In this document: positions 63,000 to 64,000 of the stretch, piece after piece
How positions within the stretch are numbered: the stretch's first letter is position 1
Layout of the letters: each line of letters begins with the position of its first letter
DNA from: Camelus dromedarius
Lineage: Eukaryota
Assembly (NCBI RefSeq): GCF_036321535.1
Contig: NC_087440.1
Coordinates: 56,792,001 to 56,856,000 of the forward strand
DNA length: 64,000 bases
Direction of reading: 5' to 3'
The notes under the pieces: model-generated
The model's database searches: none
Seen by the model: the letters and a program-made list of their open reading frames with translations, nothing else
Told to the model about the DNA's origin: nothing
Made by a program: the position numbers and the translations under genes

Positions 63000-64000
63000 A
63001 TCCAGCTTTGTGGTGCTTCCTCTGCTCTGGCTAGGACTTCCAATACTATGCTGAATAGAAGTGTCAAGAGGGGGTCATCCTTTTCTTGTTTTCAATCTCA
63101 GAGGAAAGGCTTTCAGCTTTTCACCACTGAGTATGATGTTAGCTGTGGCCTTGTAATATAAGGCCTTTGTTATGATAAGGTATGTCCCCTGTACACCCAT
63201 TTTGCTGAGAGTTTTTATCATAAATCGATGTTGAATTTGTCAAATGCTTTTTTGCACCTGCTGAGATGACTGATTTTCATTTTTCATTTGTTAATGCGGT
63301 GTATCACACTGACTGATTTGCGGATCCTGAACCATCTTTGCATCACTGTATCCCACACTCGAACTTCATCTGGATTTCACTGGTTTTATCACCAGTGACT
63401 TTTTTCTGGATCCCATCCAGGACACCACATTACATTTAGTCATTTTGTCTCCTTAGGCCTCCTATGGTCTACGGAAGTATTTCAGTCTTTATTTTTCACA
63501 AGTTTTGAGAAGTACTGTTGAAGTATTTTGTAGGAAGAATGTCCCTCAATTGGAGTTTGTTAGATTTCTTTTCATGTTTATTTTGGGGTTATGTGTTTCG
63601 GGGAGGAACACCACAAAGGTGAAGTATTCTTATTATGTGATATCAGCCCTGATATGCTACCAATATGATTTATTACCTATGATGTTAACCTTGATCACCT
63701 GGTCAAGACAGCGTGTGTCAGGGTTCTCCACTGTCCTTCTCCCCTTCCCATACTCTGTTCTTTGGAAGTGAGTCACTAATTCCAGCCCATACTCCGTGGT
63801 GAGGAATGAAGAAGTGTTAAGCTTTACATTCTGGAGGGGAAATGTCTACACATAGTATTTGGAATTCTTCTCAAGAGAAGATTTGTCTTTTTTTTCTCCC
63901 TTTATCCATTCAGTCATTTATTTATATTAGTATGGGCTTATATATATTTTATACTTTGGGTTATGATCAAACCTGGACTGTTCGTTCTTTTGCACAAATA
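63000..64000 (-). mobile_element. L1 ORF2 (RT region) fragment 63000-63345, followed by an L1MC4-like 3'UTR
   Basis: ctggctaggacttccaatactatgctgaatagaagtg...ttcaccactgagtatgatgttagctg; then ccaggacaccacattacatttag...ttttgagaagtactg. Confidence 0.8.

Noticed and set aside
1-64000. CRISPR arrays, operons, phage or defence systems
   Set aside because: This is eukaryotic intron-exon DNA with no regularly spaced repeats or dense ORFs.

Overview
Mammalian genomic DNA, most likely a camelid (alpaca/llama/camel), judged from its tRNA-derived Vic-1-type SINEs and a young artiodactyl-type L1 3' end. The right half holds the last seven coding exons of SLC35F4 on the minus strand: join complement(62394-62579, 57866-58163, 53059-53278, 43910-44035, 41834-42026, 36275-36364, 33700-33941). 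They total 1355 nt with canonical GT-AG sites, matching phases and a TAA stop, and encode a 10-TM DMT/EamA-fold orphan transporter; the first coding exon lies outside the window. Bases 1 to about 33.4 kb look intergenic and are full of L1, L2, L3, MIR, ERVL/MaLR LTRs, hAT MITEs and SINEs. Almost all other ORFs in the supplied track are chance ORFs or L1 remnants. I found no prokaryote-type system, CRISPR array or true RNA gene, and no convincing new biological system. The best observation is an L1 inserted 4 nt from an SLC35F4 splice acceptor that duplicated the polypyrimidine tract. Others are a second, older 5'-inverted L1, a CpG-rich intronic CRE cluster, a ~49-bp L1-tail insertion and a candidate antisense exon. 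Repeat family names come from recalled consensus sequences, and their boundaries are approximate.
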